Below, piece by piece: positions 33,801 to 47,760 of a stretch of DNA of 64,000 nt. Every line of letters begins with the position of its first letter. Position 1 is the stretch's first letter. The stretch covers positions 83,206,001 through 83,270,000 of the forward strand of contig OZ076409.1 of NCBI GenBank assembly GCA_964187785.1. The letters are read 5' to 3'. Source of the DNA: Amphiscolops sp. MND2022 (taxonomy: Eukaryota). The position numbers and the translations under genes are program-made. The notes beneath the pieces were generated by a model, which saw nothing but the letters and a program-made list of their open reading frames with translations, was not told where the DNA came from and made no database searches.

Positions 33801-36800
33801 CTCTTAGCAAGTACAGCTACACAGATGTGAAAATGATTCTTGGTCAGGACGTTTTCCACGCTATCCGCCCACTGGAGTATTTCGAATCCGACCGTCGAAA
33901 TACCCCAGTTGCCGTCCGTTTACCGTTGGGCTGGGTACTGAGTGGTCCCCTTCCGTCGACCACGGGTCTATTTTCGACATGCTTCAAAGCTGTTACTCAG
34001 AAAGAGCACGATTGTACACTCTCTGACCGACTCCGAAGCTGGTACGACATTGAGTCGTACGGCGCGTACAAACAAGTGGATTCCCGTTCCGCAACCGACG
34101 CGAGAGCGACAAAGATACTTGATGAAACAACATACCACGATGGGTCCCGATACCAAGTAGGTAAGTTGTGGGCCGACGACGAAAGTTGTTTACCGAACAA
34201 TTATTTTTCTGCACTTATTCAACTGAAATCGCTAGAGCGCCGTCTTCAAAAAGATGCTGATTTGAAAGCCAGTTATACGAAAACAATTAGCGACGATTTC
34301 TCGAAAGGCTATATTGTTCAAGTGGACAAAACCGATTGTTTTAAAGTAGACCAGCCCCGGGAATGGTATTTACCGCACCATCCGGTCGTGCATCCTCACA
34401 AGCCTGGCAAAGTCCGTAGGGTTCTTAATGGAGCCGCAAAATTTCATGGTCAGTCCTTGAACAGTGCTCTTCTAGCAGGACCAGATTTGCTACAGAGCCT
34501 AATCCACATTCTTTTCCGTTTCCGTCAATATCCTTTTGCTGTATCTGCAGACATCGAAGGAATGTTTCTCCAAGTTGGAGTTATCCCACGTGACAGACCA
34601 TCACTTCGATTTTTGTGGCGGGAGCACCCAGCAGCTGAAGTTGCTGTTTTCGAGTATGTTCGGCATATTTTCGGCTCCAAAGATTCGCCAACTTGCGCTA
34701 ACTACGCATTGAAACGAACTGCCACAGATAACCAAGCCAACTTTCCAGATGCAGCACGAAGCGTCCACAACAACTTTTATATGGACGATTACCTCGAATC
34801 AAGTCCAACAGCTATCGAAGCCTCAAACAAAGCGAAGGATCTTGTTAAAATGCTTGCTTTGGGAGGGTTTAAACTGACAAAGTTCGTGTCTAATGTACCA
34901 AGCATCCCCATCGAAGTAGATCCGAACAGCGACACCAGAATCACGGAAGAGAAAGAGATTCCGACTGCGGAGAAATTCTCGCACGTTCTTGGAATGAAAT
35001 GGAATCACTCAACAGACACCCTAGTTGTTAGCAGAGGAACAAGTCCAAACACCGACCGAAATGTCACTCAAAGGGTTGTTCTGAGTTTGGTATCCGATGT
35101 ATACGACCCAATTGGTCTCGTCGCACCGTTCACCATCAAAGCGCGCCTGCTTTTGAAAGACATTTGGAGGCTCAGTGGCCAGCAGTGGGACGACAACTTG
35201 CCAGACGAAATTGTAACAAAATTCTTGGAATGGAGCAGAGAGTTGTCAACTTTGAATGAAATTACCATACCAAGAAGTTACTTCTGTCAAACTGTTGAGA
35301 TGATTGAGCTACACGTGTTTGGTGATAGCTCACAAGATGCTTTCAGCGCAGTCGCTTTCTTGCGAGGAAAACTAATAAACGACCACGGTGTTGTGACGCA
35401 GCTAGCTTTCGTCTTTGGAAAAGCAAGAGTGGCTCCTATGAAGGCACTAACTGTTCCAAAGTTGGAGCTACAAGCCGCATTACTGGCAGCACGACTTCGT
35501 GCCGAGGTCCTCAGTGCACTGTCTTTGAAGATAGGCAGAACTTTCATGTGGAGCGATAGTTCAACTGTGCTACAGTGGTTAACTTCTTTAGAAAAGCAAC
35601 CCACATTTGTGGCGAACCGAGTATGCGAGATTCTAGACTTAACAACTGTTGATGAGTGGCACTATGTCCCTACAGCTCACAATCCGGCTGATGCTGGCAC
35701 ACGTGGAATGTCTGCAACTGATCTTTTGAACAGTTGTTGGCTGACAGGACCGGACTTTCTAAAAACATCCGACTTCCCGTTCAAACCCCCAGAAGAATTT
35801 CGTCAAAAAATAAAGCTTAACAATGGCGCTCATTCCACTAAAGTTAACGAAACCAAAGAACATCAGTGTACTACAATCACCGCAACAGTAACCGAAATTA
35901 CAACAACTTTCAAATGGCAGAAGTACAGTTCGTACGAGAAGGTTCTGCGCATTGTGGCTTACATGTTGAGACTCCTCCCAAAGAACGAATCCAAGCGCAC
36001 CGACAATGGATTGATTACAGATCCAACTGAACTCGACAATGCCCAACAGAGATTGTTCTATTTGGTACAACTCGAGTCCTTTAACACTGAAAAGAAATGC
36101 TTGTTGAAGTCACTCCCCCTCAGCAAGTCTTCTAAAATTGTTGAATTTTCCCCTTTCATTGGACCTAATGGTTTACTGCGAGCTTCTGGTCGCACAAAAC
36201 AGCTGGATGTTGCTTCATTCGACATGAAACACCCAATTCTACTAGATAGCCTTCATCCCTTAGTTCGGTTGTTCCTGGAGAACTTTCATATCAATCAATG
36301 CCACCAGGGTGTTGAATACTTGAGAGCTTTGATCCAGCAACAATACGCAATCGTCAAATTGAGACCAACCTTGAGATCAATTGTATCCAGGTGCATCACC
36401 TGTCGTAAGCGCAAGGCTGAGACGTTAGCTCCCATGATGTCCGATCTTCCCCGGGAAAGACTTGCATACAGAGAACCTCCATTCCGCAACACAGGAATCG
36501 ACTACTTTGGTCCTTTCTACGTGTCCGTGAAACGTTCTACTGAGAAACGCTGGGGATTCCTTTTCACTTGCTTAACTACTCGGGCCGTCCATTTTGAAGT
36601 TGTACCATCAATGGACACCAGTAGTTGTGTCATGGGAATTGAACGATTCGCTGCCCGACGGGGCACTCCGTCAGTTCTCTGGTCCGACAACGGCACTAAC
36701 TTTGTTGCAAGTGACAAAGAACTGTTACAGAACGTCAGAAACTGGAATCAACAAGTCCTCACTGAATTACTTGTCAAGAAAGGAATCCAGTGGAAATTTA

Positions 36801-37375
36801 ACCCACCCAGTGCTCCGCACCATGGAGGTGTATGGGAACGTTTAGTACGTAGTTTCAAGCACGTGTTCTACGCTGTCATCGGAAATAGACGTCTAACAGA
36901 CGAAATCCTTGCAACTACGTTCTGTCTCGTAGAACAAAGTTTGAATGCACGACCGTTAGTACCTGCTAGTGCAGATGCAACCGATTTGGACGCCTTAACT
37001 CCAAATCATTTTCTACATGGAACTTCAGGCTCAGTACTGCCTTCGCATCAGCAAGCAGACATCGACCATCGCAAGCGTTACGCTCGAGCGCAAGCTTATT
37101 CCGATACAATATGGTACAGGTGGTTAAGAGAATACGTTCCCACTCTGAACCGCCGTTCGAAGTGGTCATCGCACTCAAACAGAGATCTTAAGACCGGAGA
37201 TCTCGTGTGGATTGTTGAACCGACCTCACCTAGAGGGCACTATCCACTAGCTCGTGTCGTAAAGCTTAACTTCGGTACAGACGCCGTCGCCAGGTCCGCT
37301 GAAGTCAGAACAGCATCTGGTAACCTTGTACGCCCAGTGATCAAACTCGCTCCCGTCCTTCCCCTTCCCGAATAA
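30893..37375 (+). CDS. BEL/Pao gag-pol polyprotein, a single frame interrupted by one TAA at 33491-33493
   Basis: LPEWKLAQFNGD gag domain, three Cys/His knuckles, LCDSACSHSWI protease, YMDD RT, HVFGDSS RH and GIDYFGP / SDNGTNF / GGVWERLV integrase. ORFs 30794 and 33524 are in the same frame. Confidence 0.93.
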
Positions 37376-37533
37376 ACAATGTTCTGTTTCTTCCACTTCC
37401 TTCATTTATGCTTCACGTATCAACATGTATGAAAAAAATTAATTTTCATGTAAAAACATGTTTCACAAAACATTTTCTTAAAAAAAAAACTTTTTTTGCA
37501 CTATAAAACATTCATCTTCTTGGGCCCGGAGGA

Positions 37534-37859
37534 TGTTGCGGTAGCAATATCGTTAATTTAAAATAAACAAATAATAAGGCGCTATAGCATAGAGGATGCG
37601 CGTTAGCCTTCCGGTCATAAGGTCTCGGGTTCGACTCCCGGACATGTAAAATATTTTATATTTTGGAAATATTTCTCCAATTTCGGTAAAAATACTCTCG
37701 AAAAGGCCTTGCTATTCAGATTAAAAAGTGACTCATATTCTCATGTTTGTGTGATCAAGTTTTCGTTTTGGCGGTGATAATCTTCTCATTCAATTCATTG
37801 TTATTTAATTTTGATTGACAATACAATACATTCTTTAGTTCGTTTTCTAAAGAATTTCA
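37534..37859 (+). repeat. BEL 3' LTR
   Basis: Copy of 28703..29028. Confidence 0.96.
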
Positions 37860-40800
37860 AGCAATAACAGACACAGGTCCTGCACCCAATTTTCAAATAA
37901 TGTTAGCAAACGGACAATTGGAAACGCTAATAGAAACAGTCTGCCTAACATTTGAAGTGGCAGATTTTATGTTCAAAGAAAACTTCATTGTCATGAAAGT
38001 CCTACTGAATCCTCTAATTAAACTTTGTTTCTTAAAGAGGAACAATGCCATTTTCGACATCCGACAAGGAATATTAACTTTTCCGCATTTATCAATGCAA
38101 TTGAAACCAGAACACAATCTTCCAACACGATAATCAACACAACTACTTGCAGAAGCAACATACACACTGCAACCGGGTGAAACGATGCTCATTGCAAGCA
38201 AAATGCCGCACTTAATCGATCGTGATGCACCAGGCATAGTAACGCCATCTACACACCTTGAAGATCATGAGACACTTTTCCTTGTATCCTCCCTCTGCAC
38301 AAACAACAACGCAGTAGGATACCAGATCTGCAATTTTTCAGAACTACCCTATACAATCACAACAGACACACATCTAGCCGACTTTCGAGTTTTAACCCCA
38401 GAACAGTTGAAATATATTAAACCAATCAACGCTTCAATGCTAACATTTATCATGCATCAACATACTGAAGTTGCGGATGTATACCTCAATGAACTTCTAA
38501 AAGTAAATAACAAAGAAGACAAAACGGAACAATACTGGTTTCCAACACCGAAACAACCTGGAGACCCCACAACATACACACCTATTCAGAAACGAATATT
38601 TGATGAACTAGTGGAACTTCAAACACTAGAAAAACCTAACCCACAAGATGACGAAATATCACGCAAAACATTCCTTGACAATTTTGGCTGGAGTGACACC
38701 ACACTCACACTGTTTGCCCGACAAAAAGTGGAAGAATTGCTGGTTGAATTTCACGATATTTTCGCCCGACACCGGTTTGACATTGGAACAAATAGAGAAT
38801 TCAAAGTCAAACTCACACCAAATGATGATCGACCAGCATATAATCAAAACCTTCCAACAACGATCAACCTAAAAAACGACATCACGGTAGAACTTGCCTT
38901 ACTTCACAAGTATGGAATATAATTAACTCTACCTTTCTCTAAATATGCAAACCCTATTTTTGCGCAACGAAAACCTAATGGCCGACTGCGACTCTTAGTC
39001 GACTCGCGCAAAATAAATAATCTCATCTCCGAAGACTACGTAAACAACAACCACCCAGTCAGTACACTTTCCGATGCAGCCCAACATATGACAGGAAAGA
39101 AATTATTCTGTAAACTTGACTGTTCACAAGCGTACCACTGCCTTCAGATGGCAGATTACCAATCAATTCAGATGTTGGCCTTTAACTTTGCTAGCCGAAC
39201 CTTTGCGTATCGGCGATTAGCACAAGGCCTTAGCCGATCACTATCAGCATTCTCCAGTTTCATACGGGAAGACTTAGTCACCCTCATCAAAGCAGACCAA
39301 TGAGCCCAATACGTCGATGACATCGGAATTGCAGCAAACACAGTGACACAACTGTGTATAAACATCCAAGCAGTCTTTGAATGTATACGGAACGCAGGAC
39401 TGAAATTGTCAATGTCAAAATGCCATTTTGGAGTCAAACAAGTCGACTTCCTGAGAAGAACGATCACATCTGGAGGAGTTTCTCCCCAAGTAGACAAAGT
39501 CAAAGATTTTTTAGCGAAACTTAAATTCCCCAAATCCAAGAAAGGCCTTCAAAGATATATTGGTTTTCTGAATTTTTACAGAAATTATATACCACGCCTT
39601 TCGGAACGACTCACCCCTTTCCTCAAACTACTGAAAGAAACCAACAAATTCTACATTTCCACCGAACGCACCAGCAATTTTGAACAGTAAGACAACCTCC
39701 TCCTCCAATCTTGCCAAATGGCACTCAAACAACCGCTTAAAGACAAACAACTAATCGTCATGTCAGATGCCAGTTTTACAGCTGCAGGATATGCGATTAT
39801 GATTGAAGACGACCCTCAACAAAAACTACAATCAGAACGCAAAACATACGCACCAATAGCATTTGGCTCAAAAACTTTCAACCCAACCCAATTAAAAATG
39901 TCAATATATGCGAAAGAGTTTTTAGCCATTTTCTTCGCTTTCTCAGATTTCGGACACCTAATGTGGGGTAGTACTTTTCCCGTAATTCTTTTTACCAACA
40001 ACCGAGCAGTCACCAGATTTTTCCAAACAAAAATCATTCCCCCAGCACTATGGAACGCATGCGACTACGTCCTGCAGTACAATTTCGTCATAGCACATGT
40101 AGCAGGAGCAATGAATACGGCTGCAGACTTCTTGTCGCGATCGGAAATCACCCCGACAGAAAAACTAGAACTGAACTTACGTAACGACATACAAACAAAA
40201 GCTATCGAGGTTAATATCCAATCCTCTGGCATAGCCGAAGAAGAACAAATTTACGTCCACCCAGACAATGAAAATGATGAAAAAACACTCTGGGAACAAA
40301 AAGCACAAACAGAAACACACAATGAACCGGAAAATGAAATAACTGAATTACAAAATTTCCATAAACCAACTGCCGGAACAATAGATTATCGAGAAGGACA
40401 TTTTCGAGACAACGCAAAAATCCGACTCGAACAAAATAATGACCCAGTCCTTCGCAATGTCAGAGCAAAAATAGAGGGTGAGCCTTTTGATGAATCAGCG
40501 TTCACACAAGACAATCGCTACCAACATAACCTGCAAAACATACCCCGCATCGAAACCCGCCAAGACATTCTTGCACGAAAATACTACAATGATATTGGAC
40601 AAATCTCACACTACCAAATACTCTTACCGAAACAGCTTCTCGAAGAGTTCCTACAGGCATTGCATGGACACAATGCAAACCACCCAGGAATAACGAAAAT
40701 GATACAAGAAGCGCAACAGAAATACTATTGCCCATGCTTAGCAAAGCACATCAAAATTGGGTACAAAACTGCCAAATGTGCATTCAAAACAAAAGAATCA

Positions 40801-42299
40801 ATAATTATTTACTGAAAACAGAACTTCGTAATTGCCCAGAATGGGACCTTGGTCCAGAAGATGTACTTCAAATGGACATCTTACCTAATCTCCCACCACG
40901 TGAAGGTTTTGATAACATCATAACAGCAATTGATGTCTTCTCAAGGTATTTATTCGCTTATCCAACATCCCGAATCACAGCCCCTACAGTCGCAAGAGTC
41001 ATTATGGACATTTTGTGCAAACACACATATTTACCAACGACCATATTAACTGATATGGGCACTCAATTCAACTCACAAATCACACGAGAAGTAGCAGCAG
41101 TGCTTGGAGTTGAACTAAAACATGCTTCGACAAAATATGCACAAACAATTGGCATGCTGGAACGCACTCAAGCTACAGTAAAAACACATTTGAAAGCAGC
41201 TACAGGTGAATTTCGCAATAATTGGCACAAATTCCTACCACTGGCTGTCTTAAACTACAACACAACGTATCATGCCAGCTTAGGATGTGAACCCACCCGT
41301 GTTTTCCACGGCAGAATACCACATAACATCGTAAACTACAAGCTAGACTATAATCCTAACCCACGGTATACTCCACAGACTGACATTGCAGAAGAAATAC
41401 AACGCAGAATGGAGATACTCAATGACCAAACCAAAAAGAATATTATGCATTCATACTTAAAATATAAAGCATACTATGACCGCAAGGCAAAAGCAGCACC
41501 GCTTACTACAAAAGACTATTGTTACATACTGAACCCGAAGGCAGACACACAAGCAACAAAAATTCCGTTCCGAGAATTCCGTTGGATAGGCCCCTACAAA
41601 GTCGAAAAAGTCCTACCTAACAATAATTACATTGTACGAAGACTAGGGACAAACAAAACACAACAGTTACACCGAAAACGTTTGAGGAATTTCACACATA
41701 GTGCACCACTAGCCGATATTTTTGTCAGAGAAACAGATTGGCAAAAAAATGACAACATAATAGTAACACACGATGACCTCTATGCCCATACATGGGATAC
41801 AAACTTTGGTACAGATCCATTTGACACAAAACTCCCAGATAACGAACAAGATGACATACAAGAATATGCACCAGTAAACCACCCACCCTCCCTCGAAATT
41901 TCAAAAAACAGTGGGGGAGCCCCGGTAGAACAAACTACCGTTCCTAATGAAGAAACCCTACCCGAAAATGCGGAAAATGAAATCGATACAATTGATAATC
42001 AAAAAGACTCATTATCTAACCCAACTATTGATGCAGAAAAATCCCCAGAAGATACAGATGAAAATCAAGAAAATGATGAGGTTCAAAAAAACCCCCTACC
42101 AATACCCGCGGTGAAAAATACAATTTACGACCTAACCCAAACCCTAACGTTTCAGACTCATACAGATATTAAAAACAAAGGCTAACAAATACTCCTCATT
42201 TTTTTCATCTTCTTCTTTTCTTTTAAAATGAAATAGTAAATACAAACAAAAAGTACTTAAATACAAATCAGAAACTCGTCCTTTGCGGGAACAAATGAG

Positions 42300-45200
42300 T
42301 TATTTTCTAGAGGACACTAGCACTACTCTTTTTCTTCTGTTTTGAACCTGAAACTATGCGATCAGGAATAACCGGGATTCCAGTCAGGCGCTGAACCACA
42401 GGACTCACAACAGGGGTCGAGTCAATCTTTCTCTCCGCAACTGTCTTTACTGGGGTACTGCCCGTACTAGAAACGTACCCAGTGGAAAAACTGGACCTGT
42501 CGTCAGTTGCAATTCAATCTTTTGCCTCCACTGAATCACTTTTTGCATAATATCCCTCCAGGGATGTTAACAAGCCAGTCTTAAGGAAATGAGTGGAAGA
42601 TAAGAGATTCCCCACAGAAAATTTCCTTTTGAGGATAAGTCCTGGCCCTCTCTCCACAAGCTCAAAGGCACGGGGTAAAGCGGTTGGAGACAAAAACAAA
42701 CTTTCACACTTCTGGATGGAAGCCAAGGAACACTACAAACTTCTGACACAGGACGAAAACTCGAATGCATCAGATCGTAATCCAGAAATAGATACGGTAA
42801 ACGGTGGCGGAACAGGACAAGGCCCACGAAGCGCTTCACAACAAACTTTGAACAGGTCGAACAGTTCAGCCCGGCTCTGTAACTCGTAATGGCAAGAAAA
42901 TGTCTCTACCCAATCTTTGGCGGCAGGGAGTTTGTCAGAGTGCAGTTTAGTTGCGCGTGAACAATACTCCCTGACGATGACAGGTTTCACACTAGAGGCG
43001 ATCCATTTTTGCTGGAAAAAATATCCCGAGAGGAGTTGAATGGCTTCGGTGTAATCTGCCTCACGACCCACTCTGACTACAGGCTCATCGAAGTCAGAAA
43101 GCCCCTGTACGAAAGCGGAAGTAGCAATGTCGTTCGTCAACAATAACTTGATGAAGTACTAGTAGAACGAGATAATCTGGCTCACAAACCGACGAGGAGT
43201 TGAAATCTTGCTTGTCTTGAGCAAATCCGAGAGATCATGATCGAGCAAGACGTCATCTACTGATTTGAAGGGCAATGTGGGATCGTCCATGTTAATGCTC
43301 ATGTAAGCGTCCCAATCGGAAATTGGCCCGAGATGAGAATCAAGCAAAATCTTCTGAAGTTGTGTGTAAACAAACACACAATACTGATTGTAAAGTCTGA
43401 AGCCTCCAGATTTCGCATTGAACACCTCACCAAGTGTTGAGTTGTCTAAAACAGAAAACGAAAAATGAGTTGGCGATTCAAGAACAAGAAGCAGTTAGGA
43501 GTGGAAAACAGTTTAAAATGCAAAAAAGAATAGAAACCAAAGTATAAGAAGAGAATACTTACACTGACTGAGAATGTTCCGGGTTACAAACAGACGAACA
43601 ACGAACACCTTGTCCCGAAGAAGCAAATCGTCCATCCCTGAGGGCTAAAACAAAATGAGCAAAAGAAAACAATTATCAAGTCGGATAAGAAACACCTATG
43701 TAAAACAATCAAAGAAACTTAGAAGAAACAGATATACTAGAAAGGAGAAGAAAACTAGAAACGAACCTCTTGCATGTGGGAACGGTAGGAGGGAATCCGT
43801 CTGCTGCATTGAATATGTTGGATAACTTTGCTCTAGTTAGTAATCAGATGGTTCATGATCTCAACGGCACGAGGCAGATCGTAATCCAATGTTGTGACAG
43901 TCTAAAATACAGAATTCACCATGAATCACGGATTGAGTAGAATCTAGTAGCACGTGCGAAAAATCTTTGGAAACCTAGTTACAAAAATCGAGTTCAAAGT
44001 AACACGTGCAAAAACATGACGAAATACCAAAAGAGATCAGAAATGAACAAATGACTAATCGCATTACATATCATCGCATATAATCTCCAAAAAATTAAAG
44101 AAACATGAATTGGATGACCCTATTATACTAAATTATTCTGCAAATTTTATGCTGCATAAAAGAAAGATAATACCTTATTCGAAAAAAGAAGAAATCAACA
44201 ATGCTGAAAATACAACAAGAAAATGATTCAACTGCGGAAACTAGCAAAAATCCGAAATTACAAAGAGTTTGAGGTAATGAGCAGCAAACAGAATTGAAAT
44301 TTTTAGATTAATTTTTCTTCTTACAACAAAAAAGATTATAGAACGTGAAACATGGGGATTCTAACGTGTTGAAAATCGGGCAGTGATGATAACCAGGGGC
44401 TGCTACAAGCCGAACGGAGTCGTAAAAGTAAGAAGTCGAGAACGCTTCGAAAGTCAAATCGGTCCAAGATCTGTACAGATGGGACCAACAATGTCTGCTC
44501 CAAGTCCTCAGCATCGAATGAGGGGATCCTGCAAATCTTCCTGTGTTGTGAGAGGACTCTTGACACTGTCCAGACGATCCGTGGAGCAAAGCCAGCCATG
44601 AAAAGCAAGTGAGCACCTTTCCCATTGAGTGCAAAGAAGTTACTCAAGAGCAGCAGGAGTGTTCCAGGGGTATAGACTCTCCCGGGAAAGACTCCAATGC
44701 AGAGACCATAGAGGGAATTTCTTGCCCAGAAATGAACAAAGAAGCGCGTCTCATTGGCATACTGTGTTAGCCCGAGGGAGTAACTGCCGTTGGCTTGATA
44801 GAATCCTTACAGAAAGAAAGTAGCTCGCGGAACATGTATGTGACGAGTCCCTTAAAAATCAAGCATTCTTTGAGTAAAAAGATTTACCCTACCTAACTGC
44901 AGAAAAGGGAAAAATACTTACAAAAATGCGGTGTGGTCGCCAATCGTGTTGAGCAATGGCTTCAGATGTCTTTGTCTCCTTAACGAGATCATGCCATAAA
45001 GCCATCATTGTCGTAGTCTGACCGCCGTGCATTCGTCCAATTTTGAGAAGATTCAGTTGCGTGAAGAATTCTTTCCGGGGTTGTCTTCTCTGGCGACTTC
45101 AGCCTGTTCTTGCTGTCCCAATCTCAAATAATAATCTTCTAATTTCGGGGCAACGGGGTACTCCCGTCGTGCTCGTTCTTTGGCATACTTTAATGCCATA

Positions 45201-46368
45201 CCACTCAGTTCTTCACAGTTCTTGTCGAACAATGGGAGTCCCGGAGTCTCCATTCGTATTCGGTGCTCTTTAATTAAATGGGCATCTGTACAGTAGTGGT
45301 TAATGATCTCCAAAGGACCTTTTGTCATCAAAGACAATTCTACTAAACAAACCCGACACCGGTATTTATGTGGACATTTAGCAGCATCAGCAGGGGCGGT
45401 GGCAAAGAACTTCAGGATTGGATATTTGTGGTACTTCCACCCTGCTAGCACATGTCGCGGCTTGGCTCGTTTTCGGGTAGAAGTCTCTTCCTGCTGTTTC
45501 TTTCGTTTGACCGGCTTCGCTTTTGGGGATTCTTAATTCTCATTGGGTAGCAACTCAACTGAAGAACTTGAGTCAGTACTAGCTTCTGACTCCTCCGACT
45601 CCTCATCACTATCTTCTTCTATGTATGCTTGTTTTAACGGAGTTTTAGCCTCAGCTATTGTTCTGCAACTCCTTTTGGAAGTGAATGTGTTGCTGGATCC
45701 TTGGATCAAATTTGCTCCAGTCACATCTTCAAGCCCGGACTGGACCTGGGTACTCGCTTCTTCCACTGCTTCAGCCAGAATTCGGGAAAGCCTTACCTCC
45801 CCAGTGTCCCCAGGACTGTCTTTACTGGTGGTCGGAGAATCGATGATCCGTGTAATTTTCTTTAGTTCTGGACGGAGGATTTCTTGGACTTCACGGAGGA
45901 AGGCTGAGTGAGAAAACGTGTGAACAGTGATACATTTTTGCTCACAGGAGTTTGTTCAGACGAATTTACTCCCTCTTTTGGGATATTCTTAACTGGTGTG
46001 GGTTGCATGTTACATTGTACGAATGAAGTACAAGGCAGTTTCCCGCCTACGGGTGCGTTAGTAAGAGATTTCATCTCTTGCTGAGCCCAATCACTGGCAG
46101 TTGTTTCTTTCTGTTGTTCTGTGTGAGTTGACTCGTGCAGAATGTCGACAAACTCAGATATGTTGTTTTCGATAAGGACTTGCGGGGTCAAGCTTGGGGG
46201 AAGTTGAAGATCAGCCGGAATTGACCGCTGAGAAAAATTTTCCAGTAAAACAGTTTGTTGTGTTACAGGCGCTTTGCTAGTATCAGAAGGTTTAGAAACT
46301 CTTTTTCGCGGCTGAGCTGGGGAAGAATCTGAAACAAAAGTCCTGAATTGTGCTGGTGTCGATAACAA
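42300..46368 (-). pseudogene. Antisense spliced accessory gene of element C, decayed homologue of 2615..6633
   Basis: YRCRVC...HYCTDAH...PGLPLFD matches FFCRVC...HFGSDRH...GLPVLN. ISDWDAYM matches IHEWEAYM. QSRAELFDLFKVCC matches QARVHLFRVFKLCC. GT-AG bounded exon at 43563-43644. Outer limits are approximate. Confidence 0.82.
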
Positions 46369-47760
46369 AAGTCAGTAACAGGAAATTATTATTTCCGCCT
46401 AAACTCGGAAACCGGAAGTTGACAAATCAAAAGATAGTCGACACTAAAATGTGAGTCTGGCCAATTTGCATTTAAAATCCGTGACGTCACAAAGAAAAGA
46501 AAAATACCGACTGAGTCAATCAGAAAAATCAACCAAAAGTCAAGCTTACCGCATGATGTAGTAGTAGTGGATGACCGGAGATTCCTCGTAACTGCAACTC
46601 TCTTCTGCGGAAGGGGGGGTTACCTTCCTGCGGGAAGAAGAAGAACGCGAACGCACCATTTGGTAAAAAACCAAGTGAAACAAGGAATACAAATGGAATT
46701 CTAAATACGAATTCAAAAGCAAATTGCTGATTGAAAACGAAAAGCTGAACTACAAACTATGATTACAAAATAAAAATAGAAACTTGATGAATTGAAGAAT
46801 TTAGAGAAATTTGACGACAAAACGACGTTGAAACTGACCAAAACTGATACAATAAACAAGCAAAAGATGCGGCGTGGCTTCCGGCTGAACAAATTACATT
46901 AACATATTGGCGCAAAAACTGCGCGCTGATTGGCTGAAATATTTGGAAACCGATCAAACCTGCCAGCGAGATTGGTACTTAATACAGCATAACCGAATTC
47001 ATTTACATACGCATGACGCGCCGCCCCCTAGTGGCAGTTGGAAGAAAAGCGCAAAGTGAAATGCATCTTGCAGTACAACTTGAACTGGTGTTGACCTAAA
47101 AAGAAACAACATCTCATGACCCCATGCATCGTTTTACTGTTATGAAGATAACAGTGTATCATTCAGTTGACATCATGATGCCGAAATGAACAATGTGAGA
47201 TGGAAATAGAAAGTAAATTAGTGTGAACATAAACTTTTGAGAAACTCCGTGGTGTTTAAAATACACAATTATACAGAAACTTTGCCCTATAAAATTTTCA
47301 TTTCTAATATTATCTAATATTTTATTTAAGATTGCATGTAAAATTTCATAAAATTTGTAGAATTCAAAAAATAAAATCCGGGTTGTTAAATTTCATCATG
47401 GAAAGCTTCATTCATATTTGTTTATAATCGTTTAATGTGCTTTTGTCACCTTGAATGGAAAAGTCAATGCTTTTATTTGCCATATATGGAGACTGCGGAA
47501 AGAAATTTCATCTTGTTGTGATAATTGAAACGATTATCACCATAAATGGAAATCATAAGATGAATTACATTTTGTTATGGAGCTTTTTAAACGAAGAACT
47601 AAGAATATAACCCCACGCCTCTTACGGAATTGCCGGGAAAACCACAAACTAGAAGAAAGGTGACACCGAGAAATGTTTTAAGGGAAAAACTGAAAAGGAG
47701 CGAAACATTTTTAGTCTACGAATTTTCACGAAAGGAATCAGTTGCTAATTTCAAGCTCAA

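Larger units (their letters stand above)
28703..37859 (+). mobile_element. BEL/Pao LTR retrotransposon, recent insertion
   Basis: 326-bp LTRs at 28703..29028 and 37534..37859, identical by eye. TSD AGCAA (28698-702 and 37860-64), TGG-initiated PBS at 29029 and purine-rich tract GGGCCCGGAGGA before the 3' LTR. Confidence 0.96.
28181..42185 (+). pseudogene. pol: Pol of element C in two parts (28181-28702 and 37865-42185) separated by the BEL insertion
   Basis: The protease frame continues across the insertion (KLLAPEA|ITDTGPAPNFQI). YVDD RT, SDAS RH, TDMGTQF IN and GPY motifs are present with several stops and frameshifts. Confidence 0.9.

Noticed and set aside
33160..37178. Minus-strand ORFs within BEL pol
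   Set aside because: Shadow ORFs of the plus-strand polyprotein.
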